Positions 9,358 to 17,616 of a DNA stretch of 37,207 nucleotides are shown piece by piece. Below the pieces are notes generated by a model. The model was not told the origin of the DNA and did no database searches. It was given only the letters and a program-made list of their open reading frames with translations. Where the stretch lies: IMG/VR virus record IMGVR_UViG_3300011438_000026, positions 1 to 37,207 of that record; one strand, 5' to 3'. Made by a program: the position numbers and the translations under genes. How positions within the stretch are numbered: position 1 is the first letter of the stretch; the number at the start of each line of letters is the position of its first letter. This stretch comes from a virus (taxonomy: Duplodnaviria; Caudoviricetes).

Positions 9358-12332
9358 TGGCATACCTCGACGAGGCGGCGCTTGAACGGGAAAAAACCAA
9401 GCAGGCGATGATCGCCGGCAAGCAGCCGTTGCTGGGCGAAAACGCCTCGGCAGCGATGCATGCGCTCGGCGTAAGTCTGGGCGTGGTGCCGCCCGGCACA
9501 CCACCAAGCCAGATGACCCAGCTGCTGGAGAGCCTGATCAGAGGCCCGCGCGGCGACGGCAAGACCGGCATCAAGGTCGACGAAGCCCATCCGCTCCAGG
9601 TGCAGCCCTATGTCGGCCGGACCACCGCCTCGCTGGCGCAGCCCTATCAAAGCGACGACAGCATTGGCGCGACGATCTCCGGCGGCTTCAGCGCCGCCAA
9701 GGACAGCTCGCTGCAACAGATGCTGCGCGACCAGCAGAAGGCGCAAGCGAAACCACCGGCAGCGGCGCCAGCCGCGGCGCCGACAACGAACGAAGCGCCG
9801 CACGGGCCGGGCGCCAACCGGGCTAGGCTGGCGGGACGCTCAACCTCGGACATGCAGGGCGTCAACGCGCAGTTCGCGCAGGCCGCGCGGGACTACGCTA
9901 AAGCCTACGAGGAGCAGGGCGGCCACAAGGTTTCGTTCACCTCCGGCTACCGCGCCGGCGATCCGCGCGAGCATGGCAAAGGCAACGCCTTCGACATGCA
10001 GCTGACGACCAAGGACGGCAAGCCGCTGGAGAACTACCGCACCAACGACCCGGCCACGTTCAAGGCGTACCAGGACTTCGCCAATGGCTTCCACCAATAC
10101 CTGGAAGCCAATCACCCGGACCTGGCCGCCAAGCACCGCTGGGGCGGTTACTTCTCCGGCGACCGATCGAAGTACGGCTCGCTCGACTTGATGCACCACG
10201 ACCTGGCTGGCGACCGCGTCGGCATGGCCGGCGGATCCTGGAAGGACGGGCTGTCGCCGCAGCAAGCCAAGATCTTCCCTGGGCTAGTCCCAGGCGGCGG
10301 CCTGGCCGGCAAGCCGCCGATGGCGCGGACAGTATCCGCGACACCCGCGGCACCCGCGACAGGCCCGCATGCGGCCGGCGTACCACCGGAGCTGACCGAA
10401 TGGGTGGCCAAGAAAGAAAACTTCACCAACAAGGCGTTCGCCGACTACGGCACCACCAATATCGGCTACGGCACCGCCGCGAACGGCCGCACCACGATCG
10501 ACGAGCCGACGGCGCGGGCAGAAATGAACGCCGAGCTTGGCCGACACCTGGCGACGATCGATGCGCTCAACCCGAACACGCCGCCGGCTATTCGCAACTC
10601 ACTGGCCTCGCTCGGCTTTAACACCGGCGGCGCGGCATTGAAGGGCACCGGCCTCGCAGACGCCGTCAAGCGCGGCGACTGGAAGCAGGCCAAGGAGATC
10701 TTCGTCCAGTACGACAAGGTCACCGACGCATCCGGCGCCAAGAAGCCGCTGCACGGCCTGACCATCCGCCGCGGACAAGAGGCGCAGGCGTTCGACAACC
10801 CGAACTACTACAAAGACCCCAAGGCCGGAACGACCGCGGCGCAAGACTGGGGCGGCAAGCAAGACCCGGCGGCGACACCGAAATCCACAGCTGCTCCACA
10901 GGCTTCTCCACAGGCTGCTCCACAGGCCGCGCCAGGGGCGCAAAAGGCACCGACTTCCGCGCCCCCGGCACCGGGTGCGCCCGCGATCGCCGCGACCGAA
11001 GCGGAGCCGTTATTGCCGGAAGAACCAGCGGCCGCTACACCAGCAACACCACCAGCAACGCCGGCGCCCGCGCCGGCCCCAGCTCCCGCAGCCACGGTCC
11101 CCGCAAAACCGGCAGCGGTAGCGGCGGCGCCGGTACCGCCACCGACCGCGGCTCCCCCAGCTGCGCCGGCGGCCAAGCCGGCGCCACCAGCTGCGCCGCC
11201 GGTCAACCCGGCGCATGCGATCCTGGACACCAAGGTCGGCGACCTGGTGCGGCGCGGCGGGACGCCGGAGCAAGTCGCGCAAGTGCCTGACTTCATTGCC
11301 AACAAGACGCTGCGCGAGGCGATGAACTTGCCGATGATCGGCGGCCGGATCTCCGAAGGCGTGAAGCCATACTTCGGCAAGATGGGCATCACCCAACAGC
11401 AATTCGACGCCGCGGTGAAGGAAGGTGCGCCGAAGCCGACGACGCTCGGCAAGCGCAGCGAGGCGGTGCCGGCAGCCGAACCGGCCAAAGTTCAGTATGC
11501 CCAGGCCGACACCGGCACCGTGACCGACGCCATGCCGGAGAAGGCGGTCGACCCCGACGCGCCAACCTTGGATCCGCTGCAACAAAAGCCGGTGCAGAAC
11601 GAAGACGGCTCGATCTCGACCGTGCGAACGATGGGCATCAATGAAAACGGCAAGGAGGTCAACATTCCGACCGTGCCGCCCGAGGGCGGCAAGGTCATGA
11701 CCGATGCCGAGGCCAGGCAACGCTATCAAGACACCGGCAAGCACCTGGGCAAGTTCGATTCGGTCGAGCAAGCCGGCGCCGCCGCGGAGAAGCTGCACCA
11801 GGACGAGGCCGCGCGAATCAGCGAGCAGCCGAAGGGCCAGCAGCCAGCCCAGCAGCCGCAAATGACGCCGCAGCTGGCCGAGGCCCTGACCAATGTCTAC
11901 AAGGACGAAAGCCGGGTCGCGCCTGACCCGGCCCCAGCACCGGCGGATGCCCTGCCGGTGCTGCCGGCGCAGCCCACCGGGGCAACACCCGGAGCGCCCG
12001 GTGGGCTGTCACTGGCGCCGGCCGGCTTAAGCTCGATCCCGACCGGGGCTATCCCCGGTCAGGGCACCAGCCAGGGCGGCTCGATCGCCATGGCCGGCAT
12101 GTTACCGGCCATTGAAAATTCTACCTACTCGACGCCATTGATCGACCAGACCGCGGCGACCGGCGGCAATCCCAGCATGGGCCTGTCACCGATCGCGCCG
12201 CAGATCTTGCAGGGCTGGGGCTGGGGCGGCGGCAACATTGGCACCGGCCTGGACTGGGGTGGCGGTGGCGGTGGTTTCGACTTAGGTGGAGGAGGGTTTT
12301 CTATGCCGTCTTTTGGGACAGGCGGTTGGTAG
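9357..12332 (+). CDS. Virion-associated peptidoglycan hydrolase / ejection protein with M15-like peptidase and GH24 lysozyme domains
   Basis: TSGYR..EHGKGNAFD..RWGG..DLMHHD (M15-type Zn peptidase pattern, ~9930-10200); KENFTNKAFADYGTTNIGYG..SLGFNTG..LHGLTIRRGQEAQAF (GH24 lysozyme pattern, ~10390-10795); long Pro/Ala linkers. Confidence 0.8.
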   Translation: MAYLDEAALEREKTKQAMIAGKQPLLGENASAAMHALGVSLGVVPPGTPPSQMTQLLESLIRGPRGDGKTGIKVDEAHPLQVQPYVGRTTASLAQPYQSDDSIGATISGGFSAAKDSSLQQMLRDQQKAQAKPPAAAPAAAPTTNEAPHGPGANRARLAGRSTSDMQGVNAQFAQAARDYAKAYEEQGGHKVSFTSGYRAGDPREHGKGNAFDMQLTTKDGKPLENYRTNDPATFKAYQDFANGFHQYLEANHPDLAAKHRWGGYFSGDRSKYGSLDLMHHDLAGDRVGMAGGSWKDGLSPQQAKIFPGLVPGGGLAGKPPMARTVSATPAAPATGPHAAGVPPELTEWVAKKENFTNKAFADYGTTNIGYGTAANGRTTIDEPTARAEMNAELGRHLATIDALNPNTPPAIRNSLASLGFNTGGAALKGTGLADAVKRGDWKQAKEIFVQYDKVTDASGAKKPLHGLTIRRGQEAQAFDNPNYYKDPKAGTTAAQDWGGKQDPAATPKSTAAPQASPQAAPQAAPGAQKAPTSAPPAPGAPAIAATEAEPLLPEEPAAATPATPPATPAPAPAPAPAATVPAKPAAVAAAPVPPPTAAPPAAPAAKPAPPAAPPVNPAHAILDTKVGDLVRRGGTPEQVAQVPDFIANKTLREAMNLPMIGGRISEGVKPYFGKMGITQQQFDAAVKEGAPKPTTLGKRSEAVPAAEPAKVQYAQADTGTVTDAMPEKAVDPDAPTLDPLQQKPVQNEDGSISTVRTMGINENGKEVNIPTVPPEGGKVMTDAEARQRYQDTGKHLGKFDSVEQAGAAAEKLHQDEAARISEQPKGQQPAQQPQMTPQLAEALTNVYKDESRVAPDPAPAPADALPVLPAQPTGATPGAPGGLSLAPAGLSSIPTGAIPGQGTSQGGSIAMAGMLPAIENSTYSTPLIDQTAATGGNPSMGLSPIAPQILQGWGWGGGNIGTGLDWGGGGGGFDLGGGGFSMPSFGTGGW
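10890..10925 (+). repeat. Three tandem 12-bp units encoding an (A-A/S-P-Q) linker
   Basis: GCTGCTCCACAG GCTTCTCCACAG GCTGCTCCACAG read directly. Confidence 0.8.
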
Positions 12333-12377
12333 CCCAAAAATTTTTTCGAATTTTCAACTAAAACCCAAGGAGTGAAT

Positions 12378-12494
12378 ATGGCCGAGCCAGCTAAAGCAGT
12401 CGCAAAGCCGAGGCCGAAGAATCGCAAGTATCAAGCCGGCAAGACGCCCAACACGTCGAAGGGCAGCGGCGGAAAACGCGGCCGCAAGAAATAA
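12378..12494 (+). CDS. 38-aa highly basic peptide (not in the ORF track)
   Basis: AAGGAG RBS at 12367-12372; MAEPAKAVAKPRPKNRKYQAGKTPNTSKGSGGKRGRKK, 13 of 38 residues K/R; followed by a hairpin. Confidence 0.65.
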   Translation: MAEPAKAVAKPRPKNRKYQAGKTPNTSKGSGGKRGRKK

Positions 12495-12510
12495 TCAATC
12501 ATAGATATGG

Positions 12511-12544
12511 GTCGGGCGCGGCCCACCGATGGATCGCGCCCGAC
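12511..12544. terminator. GC-rich hairpin between convergent transcription units (probable terminator)
   Basis: GTCGGGCGCG (12511-12520) and CGCGCCCGAC (12535-12544) are a perfect inverted repeat; no strong U tract. Confidence 0.55.
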
Positions 12545-12571
12545 TGTCACGCACTCGATCAGGGGGTAACC

Positions 12572-13249
12572 TTATGAGTGCGCTACTTTCCGCCGGCGAC
12601 GCACACCGAAACCGTACAGCGCGCCGCAAGCCGCAATCAGACCCGGCAGGCCGGCGCCGGCAATCGGTCCCGGCACCGCCGTTACACCCGGCGCCACGTC
12701 GATGCGGAAATGCTCGAAATCGGTAATCGAACCACCGACAACCCGGAAATCAACATCCCAGATCCGCTCGCCGTTGATGGCTTTCAGGTCGAAGCCATTC
12801 TGGCCGTTGCTTAGAACACTACTGAACAGGAAGTCCTTAAACGTGCCATCCGCCTCCAAGGCGGTCGCACGAATAAGCAAGGTGCCTGTTCCGACGATAG
12901 AGAAGATGTCCCGCGTGGTCGTAAGCTGAGTGAGGTTATTGCGGTCGAACACCGTGATATCAAGCTCGGATGTGTTTACGATCTTGATGTCGTTGCCATT
13001 GGCTGCTCCAGAGAACAGACCGGCCAATATGCCGCCGTCAGGATTGAAGGCCGAGCGGTCCAAGAATCTTACGACCTCATCGTTCTGGCCGTTGAGGCGG
13101 CCAAGGATCAAGCCAGAGTTGGCGATGCTGCTGAAGATGACGTTGTTGCCGGTGCCGCCGATGCCGGTGGTGTCGAGAATGATGTCGGCCTTGGCAGGCA
13201 TAGTCAGTAGAAGAGCCGCCACAGCCGTGGCGGCAAGAAGTCGAGTCAT
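12572..13249 (-). CDS. Secreted protein with PEP-CTERM-like (VPGP variant) sorting signal
   Basis: N-terminal signal peptide (MTRLLAATAVAALLLTMPAKA|D); C-terminal AVPGPIAGAGLPGLIAACGALYGFGV-RRRRK gives motif + TM helix + Arg cluster. Confidence 0.85.
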   Translation of the reverse strand: MTRLLAATAVAALLLTMPAKADIILDTTGIGGTGNNVIFSSIANSGLILGRLNGQNDEVVRFLDRSAFNPDGGILAGLFSGAANGNDIKIVNTSELDITVFDRNNLTQLTTTRDIFSIVGTGTLLIRATALEADGTFKDFLFSSVLSNGQNGFDLKAINGERIWDVDFRVVGGSITDFEHFRIDVAPGVTAVPGPIAGAGLPGLIAACGALYGFGVRRRRKVAHS

Positions 13250-13419
13250 TGGGGTGGTTCCTCTGTTGGGTTGTCGCTCGGTTTAGCCTTAACAACTTTT
13301 TTAGCCTTGACACTCTTGGTCTTGGACTGTGGGTCAGTCTTCTCCGCGATCTGATTGCGGACGCGATAGATCTTGGCGTCTTCTTCCATTAGCGCGCGCA
13401 GTTTCAATTCGTCGCTCAT
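13246..13419 (-). CDS. Small basic hypothetical protein (57 aa)
   Basis: MSDELKLRALMEED...; 4-nt overlaps with both neighbours support a start at 13419 rather than 13587. Confidence 0.55.
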   Translation of the reverse strand: MSDELKLRALMEEDAKIYRVRNQIAEKTDPQSKTKSVKAKKVVKAKPSDNPTEEPPQ

Positions 13420-13739
13420 TTGATACGAGCATCCCACGGCTCGAATGCCGGAGCCACCGGCATATTTTGGATGACATAAGTCGGCGGTGCCGGCCGCGGT
13501 TTCATGATGGCGATCCGGCGCACCGGCCGATCCGGCCGCGACGGCGTGGCGTCCCAGCAGCGGTGTTTGGTGTGCCAATACAACCACTTGCCGGGATAGA
13601 GCGCGCTGGCCTCGGACTTGCTCAGGCAGCGATCGCCGCCGTGGGCGATCTGCGCGGTGAGGAACGCCAGGGTCAGCAAGATGGCGAGCAGAAAGGCGCC
13701 GACATAGAGCGAGTGGATGGCGTCCAGCGACAGGCGCAT
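13416..13739 (-). CDS. Hypothetical membrane-anchored or secreted protein
   Basis: TM segment YVGAFLLAILLTLAFLTAQIA followed by C..K.EA..LYPGKWLYWHTKHRCW; start placed at ATG 13739. Confidence 0.6.
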   Translation of the reverse strand: MRLSLDAIHSLYVGAFLLAILLTLAFLTAQIAHGGDRCLSKSEASALYPGKWLYWHTKHRCWDATPSRPDRPVRRIAIMKPRPAPPTYVIQNMPVAPAFEPWDARIK

Positions 13740-13740
13740 T

Positions 13741-13959
13741 TCAGATGTCCAACTCAAAATTGTCCTCGAAATACTTCTTTGCCAGCAGCCACTTATCGGC
13801 GTGGTTCTTCGGGTTCCGGGCGATCATGTCGCCCTCTTTGGGCGAGCCGGCGGCGCTGTCGACCACGGCCACGCTAATACCAGTCATATCCTCACCCGGC
13901 AGATAGGGCCGGGCCTCGGACAGCTTCTTCCGACGGTACAGTTTGAAATTATCAGCCAT
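13741..13959 (-). CDS. Phage hypothetical protein (72 aa)
   Basis: Protein-like composition (GSPKEGDMIARNPKNHADKWL); first gene of the leftward operon from the palindromic intergenic region. Confidence 0.7.
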   Translation of the reverse strand: MADNFKLYRRKKLSEARPYLPGEDMTGISVAVVDSAAGSPKEGDMIARNPKNHADKWLLAKKYFEDNFELDI

Positions 13960-13977
13960 GTCACACGCCCCATTGAA

Positions 13978-14048
13978 GATTCACACCCTATTCCAATATT
14001 TTTGAGATGCAACTTGTATTCTCAAAAATATTGAGATAGGTGTGAATC
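13978..14048. promoter_or_regulatory. ~70 bp near-perfect palindrome spanning the divergent promoter region
   Basis: CAATATTTTTGAGA (13994-14007) / TCTCAAAAATATTG (14020-14033) and GATTCACACC (13978-13987) / GGTGTGAATC (14039-14048) are exact inverted pairs; AT-rich. Confidence 0.85.
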
Positions 14049-14279
14049 ATGAAAACCTTACGTTCAACAGCCGACATAATCGACGCGCTCGGCGGCATCG
14101 AGGCCATGGCCGAGCTGACCGGCACTTCCGAGAACGGCGTCTACAACTGGCGGTCAGGAAAGCAATTCCCGGCAGACACTTACCGGCTAATCAAAGATGA
14201 ACTGAAAGAGATCGACGCCGACGCACCCGACCACCTGTGGCCGATGCGAGTAGCGCCGAAAAGAGCAGTGCGTCGGTAG
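14049..14279 (+). CDS. Cro-like HTH transcriptional regulator
   Basis: DIIDALGGIEAMAELTGTSENGVYNWRSGKQFP is a Cro-type HTH pattern; 76 aa; divergent position. Confidence 0.8.
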   Translation: MKTLRSTADIIDALGGIEAMAELTGTSENGVYNWRSGKQFPADTYRLIKDELKEIDADAPDHLWPMRVAPKRAVRR

Positions 14280-14294
14280 CGCATCCACTGCCAA

Positions 14295-14329
14295 GCCGCT
14301 GCGCCACCTCGCGTATCAGGCGCAGCGGT
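14295..14329 (+). terminator. Stem-loop downstream of the cro-like gene
   Basis: GCCGCTGCGCC (14295-14305) pairs with GGCGCAGCGGT (14319-14329); no U tract. Confidence 0.4.
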
Positions 14330-14357
14330 GGCGGACTCGTCAACAAAAGGAACTCCG

Positions 14358-14723
14358 ATGAACCAGACCCACGACGTTGCCACCGATCAACGGGTGATCG
14401 CTCTGGCCCAGGTTAACCAAATGCACGACGATTTAATCGACGCCAACAAGACGATAAGCCAGCTGAAAGCCGACTTGAACCGCGAGCGCGACCGCGTGGC
14501 GCTGATTTTCGAAGAGCGCGACCGCTACCGGCATGAGGCGCTGCGGCTGCGCAAGCTGCTGATCGAGCTGACCACGCAGATGGCCAATATCGGGCTGTTG
14601 ACCCGCAAGGCCGAGGAACACATCAGCACCATCAATGAGATCGACGATGCGCCGACGCCGTCGACCGAGGCGATCGACAAGCTGGAAGCCGAATACGGCG
14701 GCAAACCGGAGCAATTGTCATGA
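14358..14723 (+). CDS. Coiled-coil hypothetical protein
   Basis: AAAGGAA RBS then ATG at 14358; heptad-rich helical sequence. Confidence 0.65.
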   Translation: MNQTHDVATDQRVIALAQVNQMHDDLIDANKTISQLKADLNRERDRVALIFEERDRYRHEALRLRKLLIELTTQMANIGLLTRKAEEHISTINEIDDAPTPSTEAIDKLEAEYGGKPEQLS

Positions 14724-15013
14724 CCGAAGAAATCCCCATCGTCGAAGTCGAGGTCCATTCCGACCGCTCGCTGAAAGACGCCTGGAAACGATTCGCCCAG
14801 GATCTGTATCTCAGCGGCGCCAGCGACAACGAGCTGAACTCGATGGAGCTGGCCTACTACATGGGCGCGATCCAAACCTTCTCGCGAATCAGCGCCGCCG
14901 CGCAAACCGACAGTAAAACTTTCACCAGGGTCATGGTCGAGCTGAAGGATGAGATCGACGCGCGGATGAAGAACGCCAGCGCCTTGAACGAGCCAGCCGC
15001 GGGGAGCGCATGA
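14720..15013 (+). CDS. Hypothetical protein
   Basis: ATGA-coupled 97-aa ORF (MELAYYMGA motif). Confidence 0.6.
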   Translation: MTEEIPIVEVEVHSDRSLKDAWKRFAQDLYLSGASDNELNSMELAYYMGAIQTFSRISAAAQTDSKTFTRVMVELKDEIDARMKNASALNEPAAGSA

Positions 15014-15450
15014 TGCTGGCGGAACGGTTCTGGGAGAAGGTCACCGTGGCCGCCTCTGATGAATGCTGGCTATGGATCGGCGCAAAAGACCGAAAAGGTT
15101 ACGGACAATTATACAAAGATGGGAAACTAAGGCCGGCACACCGGATATCGTGGTCGTTACATCATAATAAGCCGTTTCCTCCCGGTAAAAACGGCTGCCA
15201 CAGCTGCAATAATACGTCTTGCGTCAACCCTGCGCACATTTACCCAGACACACAATCTGGCAACCTAAAATACGCCTGCGCCCTTGGCCGAGTTAAATCG
15301 CCCATGGCCGGAGTAACACACTGTAAACACGGACACGAATTTACTTTTGAGAACACGTACATAAGCTTCAGCGAAAAGAAGGGCCACCGAAGAGTGTGTC
15401 GAGCATGCGGCCGTCGTAGATCCAAACAATATCAAACGAAGGAAGGCTAA
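15010..15450 (+). CDS. HNH homing endonuclease with C-terminal Zn finger
   Basis: RFWEKV..ECWLWIG..GYG..AHRISW..CHSCNNTSCVNPAHI..N; THCKHGHEF..ENTY..RVCRAC; visibly lower GC than its flanks. Confidence 0.9.
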   Translation: MMLAERFWEKVTVAASDECWLWIGAKDRKGYGQLYKDGKLRPAHRISWSLHHNKPFPPGKNGCHSCNNTSCVNPAHIYPDTQSGNLKYACALGRVKSPMAGVTHCKHGHEFTFENTYISFSEKKGHRRVCRACGRRRSKQYQTKEG

Positions 15451-15454
15451 CGCC

Positions 15455-15667
15455 GTGGCGTGGAAACCCGAAGTGCGCGTCGCCAACGACGAGCGTTGGT
15501 ACGACAACGCGATCAGGTGCGAAACCGAAGCCGAAGCAATGGCTTACGCCCGCGACCTGGAAGCGCGCTGGACCTCGGCGCGGGAGATCCGCGCCACCCA
15601 GTGCGACGACCCGGTGAACGGCCACTGGGTCGACGGTAAATGGAAATGGAACGAGGACGTGCGCTGA
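15455..15667 (+). CDS. Phage hypothetical protein (70 aa)
   Basis: GTG start after GGAAGG; WKPEV..WYDNAIRCETEAEA..ARDLEARW pattern. Confidence 0.65.
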   Translation: MAWKPEVRVANDERWYDNAIRCETEAEAMAYARDLEARWTSAREIRATQCDDPVNGHWVDGKWKWNEDVR

Positions 15668-15918
15668 TGAGCGGCGTGGTCTTCAACCCCGACGGCACGA
15701 TCTCGCGGCAACGCAAGCAACGGTGCAAGGATTGCGGCGCGATATGGGAGTGCGACGTGTGCTGGGAGCATGTGCGCGACTGGTCGCCGTTTGTAATTCT
15801 GCATTGCTTTTTCTGCCGCATGCCGCAGGCCAAGTTCGATGGCGGCCGCAGCGCGCTGCTGTGCGAGTGGTGCGGCGCCGACGAGGCTGAGTTTACAACC
15901 AAGGAACCAGAACGATGA
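15667..15918 (+). CDS. Zn-ribbon protein with four CxxC motifs
   Basis: CKDC, CDVC, CFFC, CEWC; TGATG coupling at 15667. Confidence 0.6.
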   Translation: MSGVVFNPDGTISRQRKQRCKDCGAIWECDVCWEHVRDWSPFVILHCFFCRMPQAKFDGGRSALLCEWCGADEAEFTTKEPER

Positions 15919-16484
15919 GCCAGCCGTGGACCCACACCGCCATATTCAGGCCGTCGCATCCACGGGTCGACGAGCATTACGTCGAACCGCGCTGGGTCAG
16001 CGATCGGCTATTCCAGGAAGAGAAGTTCACCGGCGGGATCTACGACCCGGCCTGCGGCTTCGGCCGCATTATCGATTCCGCGGTCAAAGCCGGGCACATC
16101 GCCCACGGCGCCGACATCGTTGACCGGCGCGGCCGCGGTGACGTGCAGGATTTTTTGCAGAACCACATCTCGTCGCCAAACAATATTATCAGTAATCCGC
16201 CTTTCGATATTTTCGAAGCATTCACCAAACATGCGCTCATACGCGCCAGTCACAAGGTGGCGCTGATCATGCCGACCGCCCGATTGAATGCCGCGCGCTG
16301 GCTAGAGCAGCTGCCACTGCGGCGGGTCTGGCTGCTGACCCCGCGGCCGTCGATGCCGCCGGGCCACGTCATCACCGCGGGCGGCAAGGTGGGCGGCGGC
16401 AAGAGCGACTATTGCTGGCTGGTATTCGAGCATGGGTATCGCGGCAAACCAGAACTGGAATGGATGCGAAGGGATGTGCCGTGA
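15915..16484 (+). CDS. DNA amino (N6-adenine-type) methyltransferase
   Basis: SAM-binding motif I IYDPACGFGRI and catalytic motif IV IISNPPF; compact 189 aa orphan MTase. Confidence 0.85.
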   Translation: MSQPWTHTAIFRPSHPRVDEHYVEPRWVSDRLFQEEKFTGGIYDPACGFGRIIDSAVKAGHIAHGADIVDRRGRGDVQDFLQNHISSPNNIISNPPFDIFEAFTKHALIRASHKVALIMPTARLNAARWLEQLPLRRVWLLTPRPSMPPGHVITAGGKVGGGKSDYCWLVFEHGYRGKPELEWMRRDVP

Positions 16485-17062
16485 AGAAACCGGGCCTGGC
16501 CAAGGATATAGAAACATGTCTGGAGCAAATCCTCGGCGATGACATCCGTATGCACGGACCGACCAGAACCAAGGTCAAATCCGGCGCGTCGGTGTACCGG
16601 ATCACCGGCTCGCCGTATCTCGGCTACAACGAAACCGACAACATCGTTTATGCGAAGGTAGACCCAAACGACTACCGATCCGAACAGGTCGAAGTCACGC
16701 TGGATAATTACGACGAGGTCAAAGACAAGGTTAAAAGCTATTTCAGCAAATGGGAAATCGCGCTGCTCACCCGCGGTCGCGATCGCACCCGCAAGGAGCT
16801 GCAAGACGCGCTGATCAAGCGCGGCCACGCGGTCGAGGTACGGGTCGGTGGCGGCCACAACAACGACTGGTACCCGGCCTCGATCGCGGTCGAGCAGCTG
16901 TCGCGGCCGGCGACGCCGGGCGAGAAGTTCGACGCCACAAAACTAGCCGGCGAGTTGATCGCGATCGGCGAAAGCCTAGCGCCATTGCAGAAGACCATGG
17001 ACGACGTGTCGTTGCGGCTGCGGGCGCTCGGCATTGCCCTGACCATCAACCTAAAGGGGTAA
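16481..17062 (+). CDS. Hypothetical protein
   Basis: GTGA-coupled start at 16481; protein-like composition, C-terminal helical segment. Confidence 0.6.
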   Translation: MKKPGLAKDIETCLEQILGDDIRMHGPTRTKVKSGASVYRITGSPYLGYNETDNIVYAKVDPNDYRSEQVEVTLDNYDEVKDKVKSYFSKWEIALLTRGRDRTRKELQDALIKRGHAVEVRVGGGHNNDWYPASIAVEQLSRPATPGEKFDATKLAGELIAIGESLAPLQKTMDDVSLRLRALGIALTINLKG

Positions 17063-17064
17063 TT

Positions 17065-17331
17065 GTGAGCAGTACCTCAGAACTAATATTGCATCATCGA
17101 ACGATGCGCGAACTCATAAACATAAAGCACGAAATCGGAAGTAAGATGGATTTGCAGAGTGCCATGCTAGCGGAAATCAAACGCCATCTCGACATCGCCC
17201 AAGGCGAATTGCTGCGCCTGACAAACGAAAATATGCGGCTGCGCGAAGCTTTGAAGGACATCGCGGCGCATCACGATGTCGATGCCGACGAATGTATGGG
17301 GATTGCGCAGCGCGCACTGGACCAGGATTAA
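17065..17331 (+). CDS. Hypothetical coiled-coil protein
   Basis: AAAGGGG RBS, GTG at 17065 (ATG 17104 alternative); ELLRLTNENMRLREALKDIA. Confidence 0.55.
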   Translation: MSSTSELILHHRTMRELINIKHEIGSKMDLQSAMLAEIKRHLDIAQGELLRLTNENMRLREALKDIAAHHDVDADECMGIAQRALDQD

Positions 17332-17343
17332 AGGAAGCCTACG

Positions 17344-17616
17344 ATGGCGCCTCGCAAACGCATAAAAAGGCAGAGGTCCATCATGTCAGACGAGTCTATA
17401 AAGCTGCGTTTCGTCTATCTGACCCTCCCCGAACGAGATCATCCAATCCTCAACATCAACGTGCAAAAATTCCATCACCGATTCGAGATCAGCCGCGACC
17501 AGTTGTACGACCTCAACAAGCAGATCGCCGACATCCTGGTCAAAGGCAACATCAGCGACAAGAACAGCTTCAACGAGCAGCTGGTGCTGAATCTCGAAAA
17601 AGCTGCTACGCTGTAG
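17344..17616 (+). CDS. Hypothetical protein
   Basis: AAGGAAG RBS before ATG 17344 (GAGG before ATG 17383 is an alternative); overlaps the convergent helicase by 11 nt. Confidence 0.55.
   Translation: MAPRKRIKRQRSIMSDESIKLRFVYLTLPERDHPILNINVQKFHHRFEISRDQLYDLNKQIADILVKGNISDKNSFNEQLVLNLEKAATL

Noticed and set aside
10881-10930. TCCACAG repeats resembling DnaA boxes
   Set aside because: They do not match TTATCCACA and are explained by an in-frame APQA linker repeat.
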